A stretch of 58,573 nucleotides of DNA from Alloascoidea hylecoeti (Eukaryota), in contig BCKZ01000003.1 of NCBI GenBank assembly GCA_001600815.1, forward strand, positions 1,413,474 through 1,472,046. Reading direction: 5' to 3'. Every line of letters starts with the position of its first letter. Positions within the stretch are counted from its first letter, which is position 1. Shown piece after piece: positions 12,518 to 23,749 of this stretch. Both the position numbers and the translations under genes were made by a program. Under the pieces are notes generated by a model, which had not been told where the DNA came from, ran no database searches, and worked only from the letters and a program-made list of their open reading frames with translations.

Positions 12518-13620
12518 CAAGCGGAACACCCTTAAAAAAGTATTATAACCAGCCACTTAGTACTATACAAGGCATTTAACTGCTCTTAAAATAGAATATA
12601 TGTTCCTTAAATCCTAAAGATTATATTAGTGTATAAGTAACTTATGTAAGTTATACCATGATAATTTAAGCTGATTTTATTGTTGACGCCCTTGAGATCG
12701 TAAACGGTTACGACTCTTACGAGGCACGGCGTCAATTAGATTATGATCGATATTTTGTTCCATAGTGTAATATTTTGAAAGAAACATAATCATAGGTTAA
12801 CGTTATTTATTAATGAGACCAAGTGAAAAGCTCATATTCGTAATCACTGCCTTGCAATGAACTTTTGCGACGATATTCCCACTCAAGGACATCTCTCTCA
12901 TTGTCACGAAACTAATTCATTTTGATTTCAGCCCCAGGGAACTCATAAAAGGCACCTTCCATAAAGGACCATGTGTGCCTACATTTGATGGCTCCTCTTT
13001 TTTGTCTTCGGGACCCCCAACCGTACTATAATTATAAACTTACAATTTAGGAACACATTTCCAAATTCAGCCCATACACCTACAGACACAGACGTTCTTA
13101 CGTTATAAATGATTTTTGCTCAAAGGCCCGGCCTGAATTTTGTCGATCATATAAATTTCCTGTAATGAATAAAATTTGCCACTAAGTACAATACACCATC
13201 TCAAGCGCCCTGAGTCCAACCTAATCTAAAATTCTAAAAGTCATTCTACGATATATTTAAATGGATTCTTTTGGAGAAGTGTACATTAGAAGGTGTTCCA
13301 CTTACATGTGTGAGCTATACCATCCAAAATACCAGCATAATTGTCCAAATCTCATTCACTTTTCTACGTAGAAATTATATTCACATATAACAAATATATT
13401 ATTTTAATACAGAGAACTGTTTTGAGTTCGCAGTGTCCTCTTGGGATGGTTACTAACGAGCCAGTAACGAATTGTATAATACAATTTGACCATCAAACTC
13501 GTAATAGCCTTATCAAGGTACGTGAGTTCTGATATGAGAAATCTGCAAAGCGTTTGGGTCGTTCCAATTGCGAATATGTTGCGAACTTGCAATAGAGCTT
13601 AAGATTTTGATGAAGCTGCA
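12518..13620 (-). mobile_element. Degenerate Tc1-family DNA transposon
   Basis: Minus strand reads MN*FRDNERDVLEW and HNLIDAVPR/VVTVYDLKGVNNK (Tc1 DDE domain and C-terminus). The 3' untranslated part and TIR (TA|CAAGCGG...AAAAGTATTATAACCAGCCA at 12516-12555) are homologous to the element at 16027-16953. The 5' boundary is approximate. Confidence 0.7.
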
Positions 13621-14047
13621 GAATTATGCTTAGAAGTTTTAAACTTTTTAATTGCCTTTAGCTAATTTGATGCTATTATAACGGTAAAGGGGTATAAGGT
13701 TTCATATTCTTCTTTTCTTCTTTGTACATGATCAACATCGTATCTTTCAGGATCTACACACTTATCGATGTTGCAGAAAGAATGATGCAGAATCGCTTGG
13801 TATTTAAAATTATAATATGTGACATAACATAGCATAATAGCATATGGTAATATTGATTGATAATAGATATTATGTGAAATATTAGGAATCACGATTTCCG
13901 TTTACTTTTAATTTTCTTCTCCTTTTTATAAATATATAAATTAACCATTATCCTCTTGTGTTTATGGTTATATCTTTTAATATTGCTATAGACAAGTTCC
14001 CGTGCAAAACCAGATTTAAACATACTTTTCAAAACACTGTCATACAT

Positions 14048-15646
14048 ATGCTATTAGATCTTCCAGAAGAACTGTTATTCATTGTCTTTTGTGATCTGCC
14101 TTTTAATGAGTTTATCAAGCTGACGCAGACGTGTAAACAACTTTACAAATTTAACAATGATCATTCTATTCAATACATCTGCTATAAAATACACCCCTTT
14201 CTACGACCATTAAGAAATGAAACTTGGAAAGATGCTGCCAAAAGATACTTCATCTGTTTTAGTGAAGCTCCACAAAAATATCCTTATAAGCCTCAACGAC
14301 ATCAATTAGAAATAAACAAAAATTCAGATTCCCGAATATTTACTGCTCATGTCAATCAACTTCCCAATATTTCTCCTCTCCCTACAGCTGCAGGTGATCA
14401 TGATGCAATGACATCAGACTCTTCCAATTTTTTTTATATGCCCACAAATTGTCGGGCAGATGGTCACGGCGACCAACAAAAATTGGATGGTAATATGATA
14501 GCTAGCATGTCCTCTTTCGAGTATCTTCTTCTCAATTTTAACCATGGGACTTATTTTATTGGTAATAAATATTCTTGGATGGATCAACCTATAACAACTA
14601 CAAATTCTTTAAACTATGGAAATATTGAATATCATATTTCAAATTCATATGCTTCTTTAACCGATGGCCTTAACATAATTAATAATGCAGGGAATTCCCA
14701 AAGTCACGGCATAAAAAATAGAACAATAAATAAGATTATATCGAAATTTTCAAAATCTAAATCTGTTTTATGGGAAAAATCAATTAATTTCTTAACTGAT
14801 TCTCTATATTTTTATAAGTGGGAATTAAATGAAGAATATATTTTTTTATTGTGTTTTACTGATGTAATTTCAAATTCATCAATGTCTCAAGGGAACTTTA
14901 TATTAAAAGATTTTCATTTATTTGTCTTATCAAGGAAAACAGGAGAAGAAATTGGAAGATTGACTTGTTTTATGAAATCTGGTATGAGAACATCCTTGTG
15001 TATCTCTTCAACTCATATATTTTTATCCAATGGTATGGATATTATGTATCTATCATTTGAAGAGTTGTTCAAGTCACTTGAGCATGAGAATTCGAACATG
15101 TCTGCGATTGGTCAGTTTACCCAACTTACACCACCTGAAAATGATTCGCACCATACAGCTGGTTACACCTCATGTATAATAACACCTAGTAAATGGCACA
15201 TCTTATTGTCATCACCTTTAACGCCCTGGGATTTAAATATTAGCTCAAATGAACGATATCTTATCTGTCAAGCAGGTTTATCTGAATATGCAGGTCGAAT
15301 ACGTCATAAACGTGGTCAAGTCTGGATCAGTTCATATTTTATTTTTGATTTCTCTACTCATTCATTACATCAACTAGATATGTATCGAGGTGTTGAGAAT
15401 TGGAATAATAAATGTCGCTGGGTAATGGATGATGAACTTAATATTTATATGTTTGAAGATACATATTTAAGAACATTATTTCTTAATGCAATTCCTAAAT
15501 CACATCCATTAATTTCAGGCAATAATAATAAGGAAGTTAGTTTCGGCTCTCCAATAGATTATAATTATATCAATGAGTCTTATATTTTACCAAATGCCAT
15601 TCTTTCTCCTACTATTGGTTGGAAACTAAACTCAGAGTGTTGTTAA
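14048..15646 (+). CDS. F-box protein with an unrecognised C-terminal region (not a member of the WD40 family)
   Basis: ATG at 14048 begins MLLDLPEELLFIVFCDLPFNEFIKLTQTCKQLYKF, a canonical N-terminal F-box; 532 uninterrupted codons. Confidence 0.8.
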   Translation: MLLDLPEELLFIVFCDLPFNEFIKLTQTCKQLYKFNNDHSIQYICYKIHPFLRPLRNETWKDAAKRYFICFSEAPQKYPYKPQRHQLEINKNSDSRIFTAHVNQLPNISPLPTAAGDHDAMTSDSSNFFYMPTNCRADGHGDQQKLDGNMIASMSSFEYLLLNFNHGTYFIGNKYSWMDQPITTTNSLNYGNIEYHISNSYASLTDGLNIINNAGNSQSHGIKNRTINKIISKFSKSKSVLWEKSINFLTDSLYFYKWELNEEYIFLLCFTDVISNSSMSQGNFILKDFHLFVLSRKTGEEIGRLTCFMKSGMRTSLCISSTHIFLSNGMDIMYLSFEELFKSLEHENSNMSAIGQFTQLTPPENDSHHTAGYTSCIITPSKWHILLSSPLTPWDLNISSNERYLICQAGLSEYAGRIRHKRGQVWISSYFIFDFSTHSLHQLDMYRGVENWNNKCRWVMDDELNIYMFEDTYLRTLFLNAIPKSHPLISGNNNKEVSFGSPIDYNYINESYILPNAILSPTIGWKLNSECC

Positions 15647-16026
15647 TTAGGTTACAGATCTTATTTCTGTTTCCCAGGGTGTCTTGAAACGTGAAGACTG
15701 GAGCTCTCTTAAATGTTAACGCTAGTTTTCAGAACTTCAAATTTGTTAACTTACAGATTAGTATCATTATTAATACATCTATATCTACTTGATTTAAATT
15801 TTATATCTGGCATTATTTATTCATTTATATATTATTTTAAAAGAATATATAAAGATTATCGCTCCTCAAGCTCTACAAAATTTCTTTTTTTATCTTAGGC
15901 TTGGTTAGTCATTTCATTTATTTTTCATAATCATTATAGTTGAAATTTTTCTTGGTTTGCTAGCATTATATTTCATTTAAAATTTTATTTGGAAGTATTC
16001 TTATTAACTATTATATTATATAATTA

Positions 16027-16953
16027 CAAGCGTAAATATTGTAATTAGTGCAGATTTCGGAGTGGTACTTGTTTATTTGTTAGATCGTTATTGATTACCG
16101 GTACTGGCTTTCATCACAATTTCTTCACTAGTCTTTGCAATGCCTTCTCTTGAAATATCGAGAAAAGAACCCTCAACACTTATAATCTTTTCAATAACCT
16201 CAACGTGGTTTGATCTATTAATTGAAATATGTATGCGATCTGAGTAAACATAAGTTCTCAACTGTTGAAATAAGCAAAAAAACTTAATTACATGTAGCAG
16301 TGAAGTATCAATGACAATCTAAGAATTCAGCATCTAAAAGGCCGTTTCTGAATGCGAAGAACCAAATGAATAGAATGATATAATCTAAAGATATTTGGAG
16401 TGGTCTCAGGACGTTTGTACTTAGTGTTCGGTCATTACAGGACCCGGATCTAGATAAGTATAGGGCGTATACTTAACACTCAAGTCAGGCTTTTGGTGAG
16501 ATTATAGGGTCTCGATTTAAGCAGGATACCACATATATCCATAAATCTGGAATCTCGATGAATTGGTTTCGTGACAAAAAGATAGAGGTGTTGGAATGGC
16601 CTCCTTTTTGAATCCAATTGTGGAATCTCTCCAAATAAGTTCATCACCAAACTAGAATTAGGATTATGGTCCTTCCATATGTGTGTAAAAATGAGGAAAG
16701 ACAAAGTCGTTTTGTCTCTTTTAAAATATTGCAATTGGGACACCTCATGGGTCAAGATCTGACAATCTGATCAACTCCATTGTAGAGTAGCAACCGTTTA
16801 CAGGGTTAAGGGCTTCAACACCAAAGACTAGATTTAAGATCACAATTTATCTTCCCTAATATAATCTATAGTATAACTGATACAAAAAAGCTACTTGATG
16901 AACAATTTAATGCCGTATAGAATTCAATGGCTAGTCTTAATATTGCCTTCTTA
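16027..16953 (+). mobile_element. Degenerate, internally deleted Tc1-family transposon with TA flanks
   Basis: ASKRPFLNAKNQMNRMI*SK, FKQDTTYIHKSGISMNWFRDKKIEVLEWPPF../LNPI, DNLINSI / RVATVYRVKGFNTKD* are hallmark Tc1 motifs (QDNA..H, WP..SPDLNPIE, KG..TKY). Left end is TA|CAAGCGTAAATATT; the right TIR is degenerate and ends at about 16953. Confidence 0.8.
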
Positions 16954-17624
16954 TAAAAGGTGACCATACAATACTACCACATAATCGCGGTAATGATATA
17001 TTATTAATTCCTCAGCCAGAATATGATATTGAGGGTTTATAATTCATTGTGGTAGTGGTTAATAACTCAGGGTCCAATTGCGTTTAATTTTATTCGTATT
17101 TGCATGGTGTACGTGTGTATTGCTTAGTGAATGTTCGGATAATCCTTATCTGAACGGATCAACGGATCAACTCCTGTGAGACCTTACACTTACATGATTA
17201 GCTATAGTTACTCACAATCATTAATCGTTGTTGAAATACATTCGCTATGGAGCCTATGATACCAAATATCTTCTGTTTTTTATATCTTGAACCAATTGTT
17301 AGATTTAAAGCTTAATTAATCCCAGAATTTTTCCCTACCCAATTAAATTGCATATGAAGATACACGTTTTAATGGGGATGACAAAATAAGTTAAAAAAAT
17401 ATATATATACCAAAAACCACGTTTTTACAAAAAATTATTCATACTCTATTTTATATAGAATACAAATTCCGGTATAAATTCTATAAATTTGGGGCGAGTG
17501 CTGTGTTAAAGAAGTTTATATTATTTATACTACACAAAGTAACTCAATATCTTCATCAATTCACACGACTAAAAATCTTTTAATTTTATAAATATAGAAT
17601 AAAGAGAAATTGGGGATTATATCA

Positions 17625-19097
17625 ATGCTTTCTTCAACTAATTTTATTTTATTGGGTTATTTGATTTCTACTTCCTTAGGAAGGGTAATTAAAAGAGATG
17701 ATACTTCAAGTTCAGATTCAGTTGAACCGGATAGTGTTTTTGGTTCTATTAGACATTATCCACCTGTAAATAATAATTTCAATGATCTTGATAAGTTATT
17801 TGATGCATCAACAGGAACTAATGGTGGAATATACAACACATCTTTTGTGCCTGAAGAATCATATGGGGTTTATGATTTTTGCAATATGCCTCATCTTAGA
17901 CCAACGGAATATGTTATACCAGAAGGTTTTACTCTTGAATATGTTGAAATTATGCATAGACATCATAAAAGAACACCATATGCTTCTAATCTTTTCCCAA
18001 AAGAAGATTTATCACTTTATTGCGATGATGTTTCAAATTATTATTATGCACAACCAAAAAGTGAAGATAGTTATGATGCTGTAAGGATCTCATGGGAAAA
18101 TTTCCAAGATCCTGTTAATCCTTTTAGCTATAGTAATACTGGTTATAATGGTTCTTGTCAATTTCCTCAGATTAGTTATGCTGGACTTATTGATTCTCAT
18201 CAACATGGTGTTGATCTTTATAATTTATATGGAAATAAATTAGGATTTTTACCAAAGAAATATGATCCTAATGTGGTCAGATATCGAGCAACAAGTAATG
18301 TTATCACATCTCAAGTAGCTAGTGCTGTAGTGAAAGGAATGTTCCCAGATGAAGAAGATGTTCCAATTTTGGTACAAAGAATAGCTTCTGATTCACTTGA
18401 ACCTCAATATCCATGCAGTTTTGCTGATGATGTCCGATCAAATTATCAACACTCAGATGAATGGTATGAACATTTGAACAAATCAAAGAGTCTTTATGAA
18501 GAATTAGATGCAATTAGTGGAGTTGATCCCAAATCATCTGGATGGCATTCATGGTTTGATCATTACTTTGATAATTTCGCCTTTAGATTATGCCATCAAC
18601 AACCATTACCCTGCAATCTAAATAATAGAACAGATTGTGTATCTCTTGAACAAGCTGAACAAGTTTTCAGATTAGGAGATTATGAATATAATTATATCTT
18701 TAGGGAAGCTAAGAATTCTACTTTATATGCTGCAACCCATTATGGTGTCTATCTTTTAGAGCTTAAATCTCATATTGAAAATAAAATTGCTGGTACTGAA
18801 AGTTTAATATACAGACACAATATTGCTCATGATGGTTCTATTGCTCCATTATTAGGCGGTTTACAAATTTCATATCTTAGATGGCCAGGTATGGGAGCTG
18901 AAGTATCATTTGAACTTTGGAAAAAACAAGTAGATGGTAATTATTACATTAGAGTATTATATGGTGGTCAACCTTTAGAAACTACAGGACCTTTGGGAAA
19001 TATTGATTTGATTGAGGTTGATAAGTTCTTGGCTTATATTGATACATTAACCGGAGAGAATGGTAAAAATGTTGTATCTCTTTGTACATCATCTTAA
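17625..19097 (+). CDS. Secreted histidine acid phosphatase (branch 2, phytase-like)
   Basis: Signal peptide plus KR site, RHHKRTP catalytic motif (variant of RHGxRxP), distal AHD motif and several Cys. First ATG at 17625. Confidence 0.88.
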   Translation: MLSSTNFILLGYLISTSLGRVIKRDDTSSSDSVEPDSVFGSIRHYPPVNNNFNDLDKLFDASTGTNGGIYNTSFVPEESYGVYDFCNMPHLRPTEYVIPEGFTLEYVEIMHRHHKRTPYASNLFPKEDLSLYCDDVSNYYYAQPKSEDSYDAVRISWENFQDPVNPFSYSNTGYNGSCQFPQISYAGLIDSHQHGVDLYNLYGNKLGFLPKKYDPNVVRYRATSNVITSQVASAVVKGMFPDEEDVPILVQRIASDSLEPQYPCSFADDVRSNYQHSDEWYEHLNKSKSLYEELDAISGVDPKSSGWHSWFDHYFDNFAFRLCHQQPLPCNLNNRTDCVSLEQAEQVFRLGDYEYNYIFREAKNSTLYAATHYGVYLLELKSHIENKIAGTESLIYRHNIAHDGSIAPLLGGLQISYLRWPGMGAEVSFELWKKQVDGNYYIRVLYGGQPLETTGPLGNIDLIEVDKFLAYIDTLTGENGKNVVSLCTSS

Positions 19098-19292
19098 TTG
19101 GCAAGTAGACATACTAATATTATGAGTAATAAACGTGTAAGGTCTTAAAACTTTATACTTGATTGTAAATACTACAGCTATAGCTTTAATTTATATAAGT
19201 TCAATTGCAATTATAACGGGTAATATGGTGTATTCAATAATATAATTTAAGAGTATATCTAACATCACACTTTAATATTAATATTCATACTA

Positions 19293-20727
19293 CAGTAATA
19301 GTCCTTGACCAGGCATATCCAAAACGTAAAACCTGCAGACATTGTATCCTCTCCAGAACCACCAACAATGGAAAAATCAAAAAGAAAACCTAGAGCTCCT
19401 GCTTCAAGAGATAAGGAACCTAGAATACTAAACATTATGGTCAGAAGTCATCTGGAAACCAATACATCAACCAGAACGATTGCAAAGGATGCCGGGTTGC
19501 CCCGTTTAACGCTTACATATAGAATCAAGGTGGACAATCCAATTCAGCATCAAAAGAAGCCTACCAAACTTTTTCAAAGGAAGATGAAAATCGGCTAACG
19601 AATGTGCTACTTTAATATGCAAAAATGGGTATGGCGGCTGATAACGAATAGCTTTATTCTTTGGTGGATGCGTTGGTGGACCTAAGGTATTCTAGAAAGA
19701 AAAAGTACCCCAAACCATCAACACTAAAACTAAACAAGAACACCACCACTCACCATTATGTGAGTTAGAATTAGATAGGAAACTTTTTAAAGAGGAATCT
19801 AGTCATCACCTTGAAGAAAGCTAAAGGATTGGATTCCTATAGGGTTTTTATTAGTAATAAAGAAGACCTGGAAAGATGGTTCAAAACCTTAGGTGACTTG
19901 ATCCAAGAAAATCGTTACGAACCAAGAGATATTTATAATTGCGATGAGACAGGCTATCAAATGGGTGAGACCGCCGATATTTGGCTCTGTATTTTGCCTT
20001 CCGAGGAGCCAAGTGGTCCTCAATTGGGTGCTACAAAAGCTGAACTCTCCACCTCATTAGAGTGAATAAATGCTGTTGAATATGCTGTTATATGGAAGAA
20101 GTAATGTCTTCCAATATTATATCGGGATTTGAGAAGAGTGGTATTTGGCCACTTAGTTTGAGTGTTGTGGTGAACCGGGTAAAGTCTATTTCTGTGGATG
20201 TACCACCACCAAACGATAACTTGCTTAATCTCTATAAGGAATATGAAAGAGGGTTTTCGGATGAGGATGCTGCCATAGACTTTTATCAGAAATTAGACAT
20301 TTTGTATGTTAAAAGGGATGCAGATAAGAAATATGCAGAGACATTTGCTAAATGGAGAATTTTAGAGCAGCAACAAACAATCAGTTTAATTTCCAGAATT
20401 AAGCACCCGGAGCTTTATAAAAATAAAATGACACAATTGAGAAAGGGTAGAGGCAAGGCCAAGTTGATCAACAAAAATCCAGTGGCTACTGATGAGCAAT
20501 TAAGAGCTGAAATGAACACCATTAAAAACTGAGTAAAAAAGAAGAAACAGCCCACAATCTTTGAATTACGAACAGAAGAAGCTGTGAAAAATAGTCAGGA
20601 GAATATATTAGGATAAGTAGTTTATATATACACAATATCCAGTGAATTCATTTTTATTTGCGTTGGTGGTTGTTTTTGTAAGCATTATTTGTTTGGGCCA
20701 TGTCTAAGCTCAATGTGACTACCCTTA
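19293..20727 (+). mobile_element. Pogo/Fot1-type transposon remnant (frameshifted, DDE core deleted)
   Basis: HTH-like STRTIAKDAGLPRLTLTYRIK, WFKTLGDLIQENRYEPRDIYNCDETGYQMG and NIISGFEKSGIWPLS are typical of pogo/Fot1 DDE_1 transposases. Begins TA|CAGT; degenerate inverted ends (TAGTC..TTGA..AG.CAT..CC.AAAC). Confidence 0.82.
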
Positions 20728-21166
20728 TAGTGTTATTTTAGCCATTCACTACAAACTCCAAAATGATTTAGAATCTGATCTGATTGTGTTAATATTGATT
20801 TATCTACAGATGTAACGCGGCCCCATATATCAATTTGGCCCTTAATCAGTGGCCCAGACTTTATTGTAAGGATTATGATAATGTGTGAAGTGTCACGGGG
20901 AAAACTGGAGCAACCAATCTATAGTATAACTGAGAATTACCCATATTGCTGCTATAGGAAACAGCCATAATATTAGTATGACAACTATTAAACTATAAGC
21001 TCTGACTTATAAGAATATTAAGAATACGAAGTTCATTCAAGGATAGTAGAGCATTTACACAATGATTAAGTATATTTCATTCTGGTCATTCATTTCTATA
21101 CATGTATAGGACTAAATAGTTTAGAAAATCAAGAGGTTTGACAACACTCATTTTAACAATTGCGAT

Positions 21167-21828
21167 ATGCGCTTACACAAAAAGATTAAGATGGCAATCG
21201 ATCTCATTTCCGATCTTCCTAATGAAATATTGGAAATAATCTTCTTAGATTTGCCCCCAACAACTTTACTCATTTGTAGAAGTGTATCTAAATCATGGAA
21301 ACAAATAGTTGCGAATGATAATATCTGGAAATCAAAGTTTCAAGATCAAAAATCATGGAAACACTATAATGAAGATTCAAAAACTGATTCATGGTATGAG
21401 CTGTATAAAGAACGATATCTTTTAGAATCAAATTGGATTTTTACTAGATCAGAAGATTCTACAATAAGAATTTGGGATAATGAAACTTTTCAATGCTTAA
21501 GAATTTTAGGTGTACCAGATCCTGATATTTCAATACAGTTTACAATTATGGGAATATCCGAATTAATAAAAAAATTGATATTAAAGATCATTTGAGTTTT
21601 GCTAATTGTATTAATATGAATGACAAATATTTGGTTTCTGGTTCAAATGATGGCTCTTGTGTAGTTTGGAAATTGTCGGATTTTAAACCAATAAAACATC
21701 TGATAACGGAAACAGAAGGATTTTTTGTGGCTATAAATGATGTCGCTTTATACAATGATCCTTTGGTACTAAAAATCTATGGCCTGCTTTTTTAATTGGA
21801 GGTAATTTGAAAAGGTTTGTTATTTTAC
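21167..21828 (+). pseudogene. F-box/WD40 family copy 5 (multiple deletions and frameshifts; 3' end fused to an eIF3a fragment)
   Basis: F-box SDLPNEILEIIFLDLP and WD fragment YLVSGSNDGSCVVWK. The last-blade segment KNLWPAFLIGGNLKRFVIL matches copy 6 KLNLWPVFSISADSKRLAAF. Confidence 0.88.
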
Positions 21829-22668
21829 TTGAAAGAGAAGCTATTAGAACGAAAGAAGCAGAGGAATTGGTAAATGAGAGATTAAGAATTAGAAAACTCA
21901 CCTTAGGACGTGCTTTACGTATATCAGAAATATCATTATTGGAACAAGAAGCAATCAAACAGAAGGAACAGAACTTGAAGATTTATAAAAATAAAACGAC
22001 ACAACTTAGAGATAAAGCTAGTGCATTTGAAGAAAGCCAAAAACTTCGAAAGAGATTAGCTGATGTCGTTCCTGATTTTAAACAGTATGTTGAGAGAATT
22101 GAGCAGGAACATAACAAATACATTACTGCTTTAAGAAGAGATGCACAACAGAAAATTGATAGCCAAATACATAAAAGAAGAGAGGAACTTATTAAAGAAT
22201 TTAAGGCTAAACGTGAAGTTGAACTTAACGCAAAGGAAAAAAAAGCATGTAAGAAACAAACAAAGGAAGAAGCAGCAAGAAAGCAGAAAAGAAGTCTGGC
22301 TAAACTAGCTGAAATCCAGAGAAAGCGTGATGAGAAAGCAAAGAAAGAAGCTGAAAGAACTGCTGAACTTGAAAGAGTGGTACCATATTTAACAGTGGCA
22401 ACTGAAGAGAAAAAGAAGAGGTTTCAAACTCCTCGACGATGGTTCTAAGGGTCTATGGGTAGAAGCGGTCCATCCAAGCGCGGCAACAAGGGATTATCTA
22501 AGAACTACAAGCTCATCTGATACTTTTAGAAGATACAAGTAGTGTTTCATCAAATAGTGGCATGCGAAGTGAGACTCCAAGACACACCTCCTACCAACAA
22601 GACACTCCACCAGCTAATACTTCACCAAAAATCTGGTGGATATATTTCCTAGTATAAGATATCAGTGA
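21829..22668 (+). pseudogene. TIF32: Captured fragment of translation initiation factor eIF3 subunit A (C-terminal charged helical region)
   Basis: VNERLRIRKLTLGRALRISEISLLEQEAIKQKEQNLKIYKN...EESQKLRKRLADVVPDFKQY resembles fungal eIF3a (ERLRI..KR.DHLERA.R..E.PLL...; L..V.PDY). Frameshifted tail ends SGGYI.PSIRYQ*. No PCI or N-terminal part is present. Confidence 0.72.
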
Positions 22669-23749
22669 AGTTTGCCATATATAACGTTGATAATTTTGTT
22701 TTGACTATCCATGATATCGATTATCATTAATTATAACATAAGGCCTTGTAATTTATCATGTTGACGCTTCTGACATACAGAGAAATTCGTGTAGATGTAA
22801 TATAATTATAAATATACGTATAGAGGGTTGGTTCAAGCTTAACTTTTCGCATCTTTTGAGACACCCCTCATAAACACAGACACAATCACAAATTTAAATA
22901 CAGTTCAAACAGAATAACAAACACAATTCACAAATACAAATGCTGTTTATAGGATCCAGAAAGAGACCCAACACTACTGATATTTATCTTAATTTTCTTT
23001 TATGTACCAGTTCATATAATCTAGTATATACAGAACATTATTTCCCTTTTCAAGAACGGCATAAGGCCTTGCTGATGATTCATTGACTGATATTCATGTT
23101 GTCAATTTTTGTATGGTGTCTGAAAAAGATATTTGAACTTAACCTTGCAGTTGAACCGGCTGCATTCTCATAGGTTTTTTCTTTCAATCTAGTGTTGGAT
23201 ATATTACACTCTTGGAACAGTTCACTAAAGAGTCGATTGGCTTTTTGGCGCAACTGGGAGAACAGGCACTTTGAACTTTAACATCTAGTAAAATTGTTAA
23301 TGTTCAAGAACAAGGGAGCTCATTAATTTCAGGTTATAGCTGACTTTATATACAAAGTAAGTTAGTACGTATACTAGTATTTCAGAATATGCTAATAATA
23401 AAATTTATAATATATATAAATCGAAAGAATATACTTGACTTCACATCAATTGCATATATGCCATATATTAAACTTTATTATTTCACTTACCCAAACCATT
23501 AGATTCGCATATTCATTAAATTGAGCATAAATATGGAGTGAAATTCATAATCCTTTTATTTTCTTCCCTTTTGTTATCGGAAAGAGTCAGAATATTTTTG
23601 ACAGAATAACGCTAATTATTTTCGAAAATAGCAGTTTTAATAGGTGGAAAGACTGTGCCATCTCTATAGTGATAATTCAAGGAGCTTTTACCTAAAAACA
23701 CGTATATTCGCTCTATCTTCACTGGATTTTGCAAAAATAGGGAGTAAAT

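Noticed and set aside
16290..16470. Copia-type reverse transcriptase start
   Set aside because: A different frame gives clear Tc1 motifs continuous with the downstream DDE segment.
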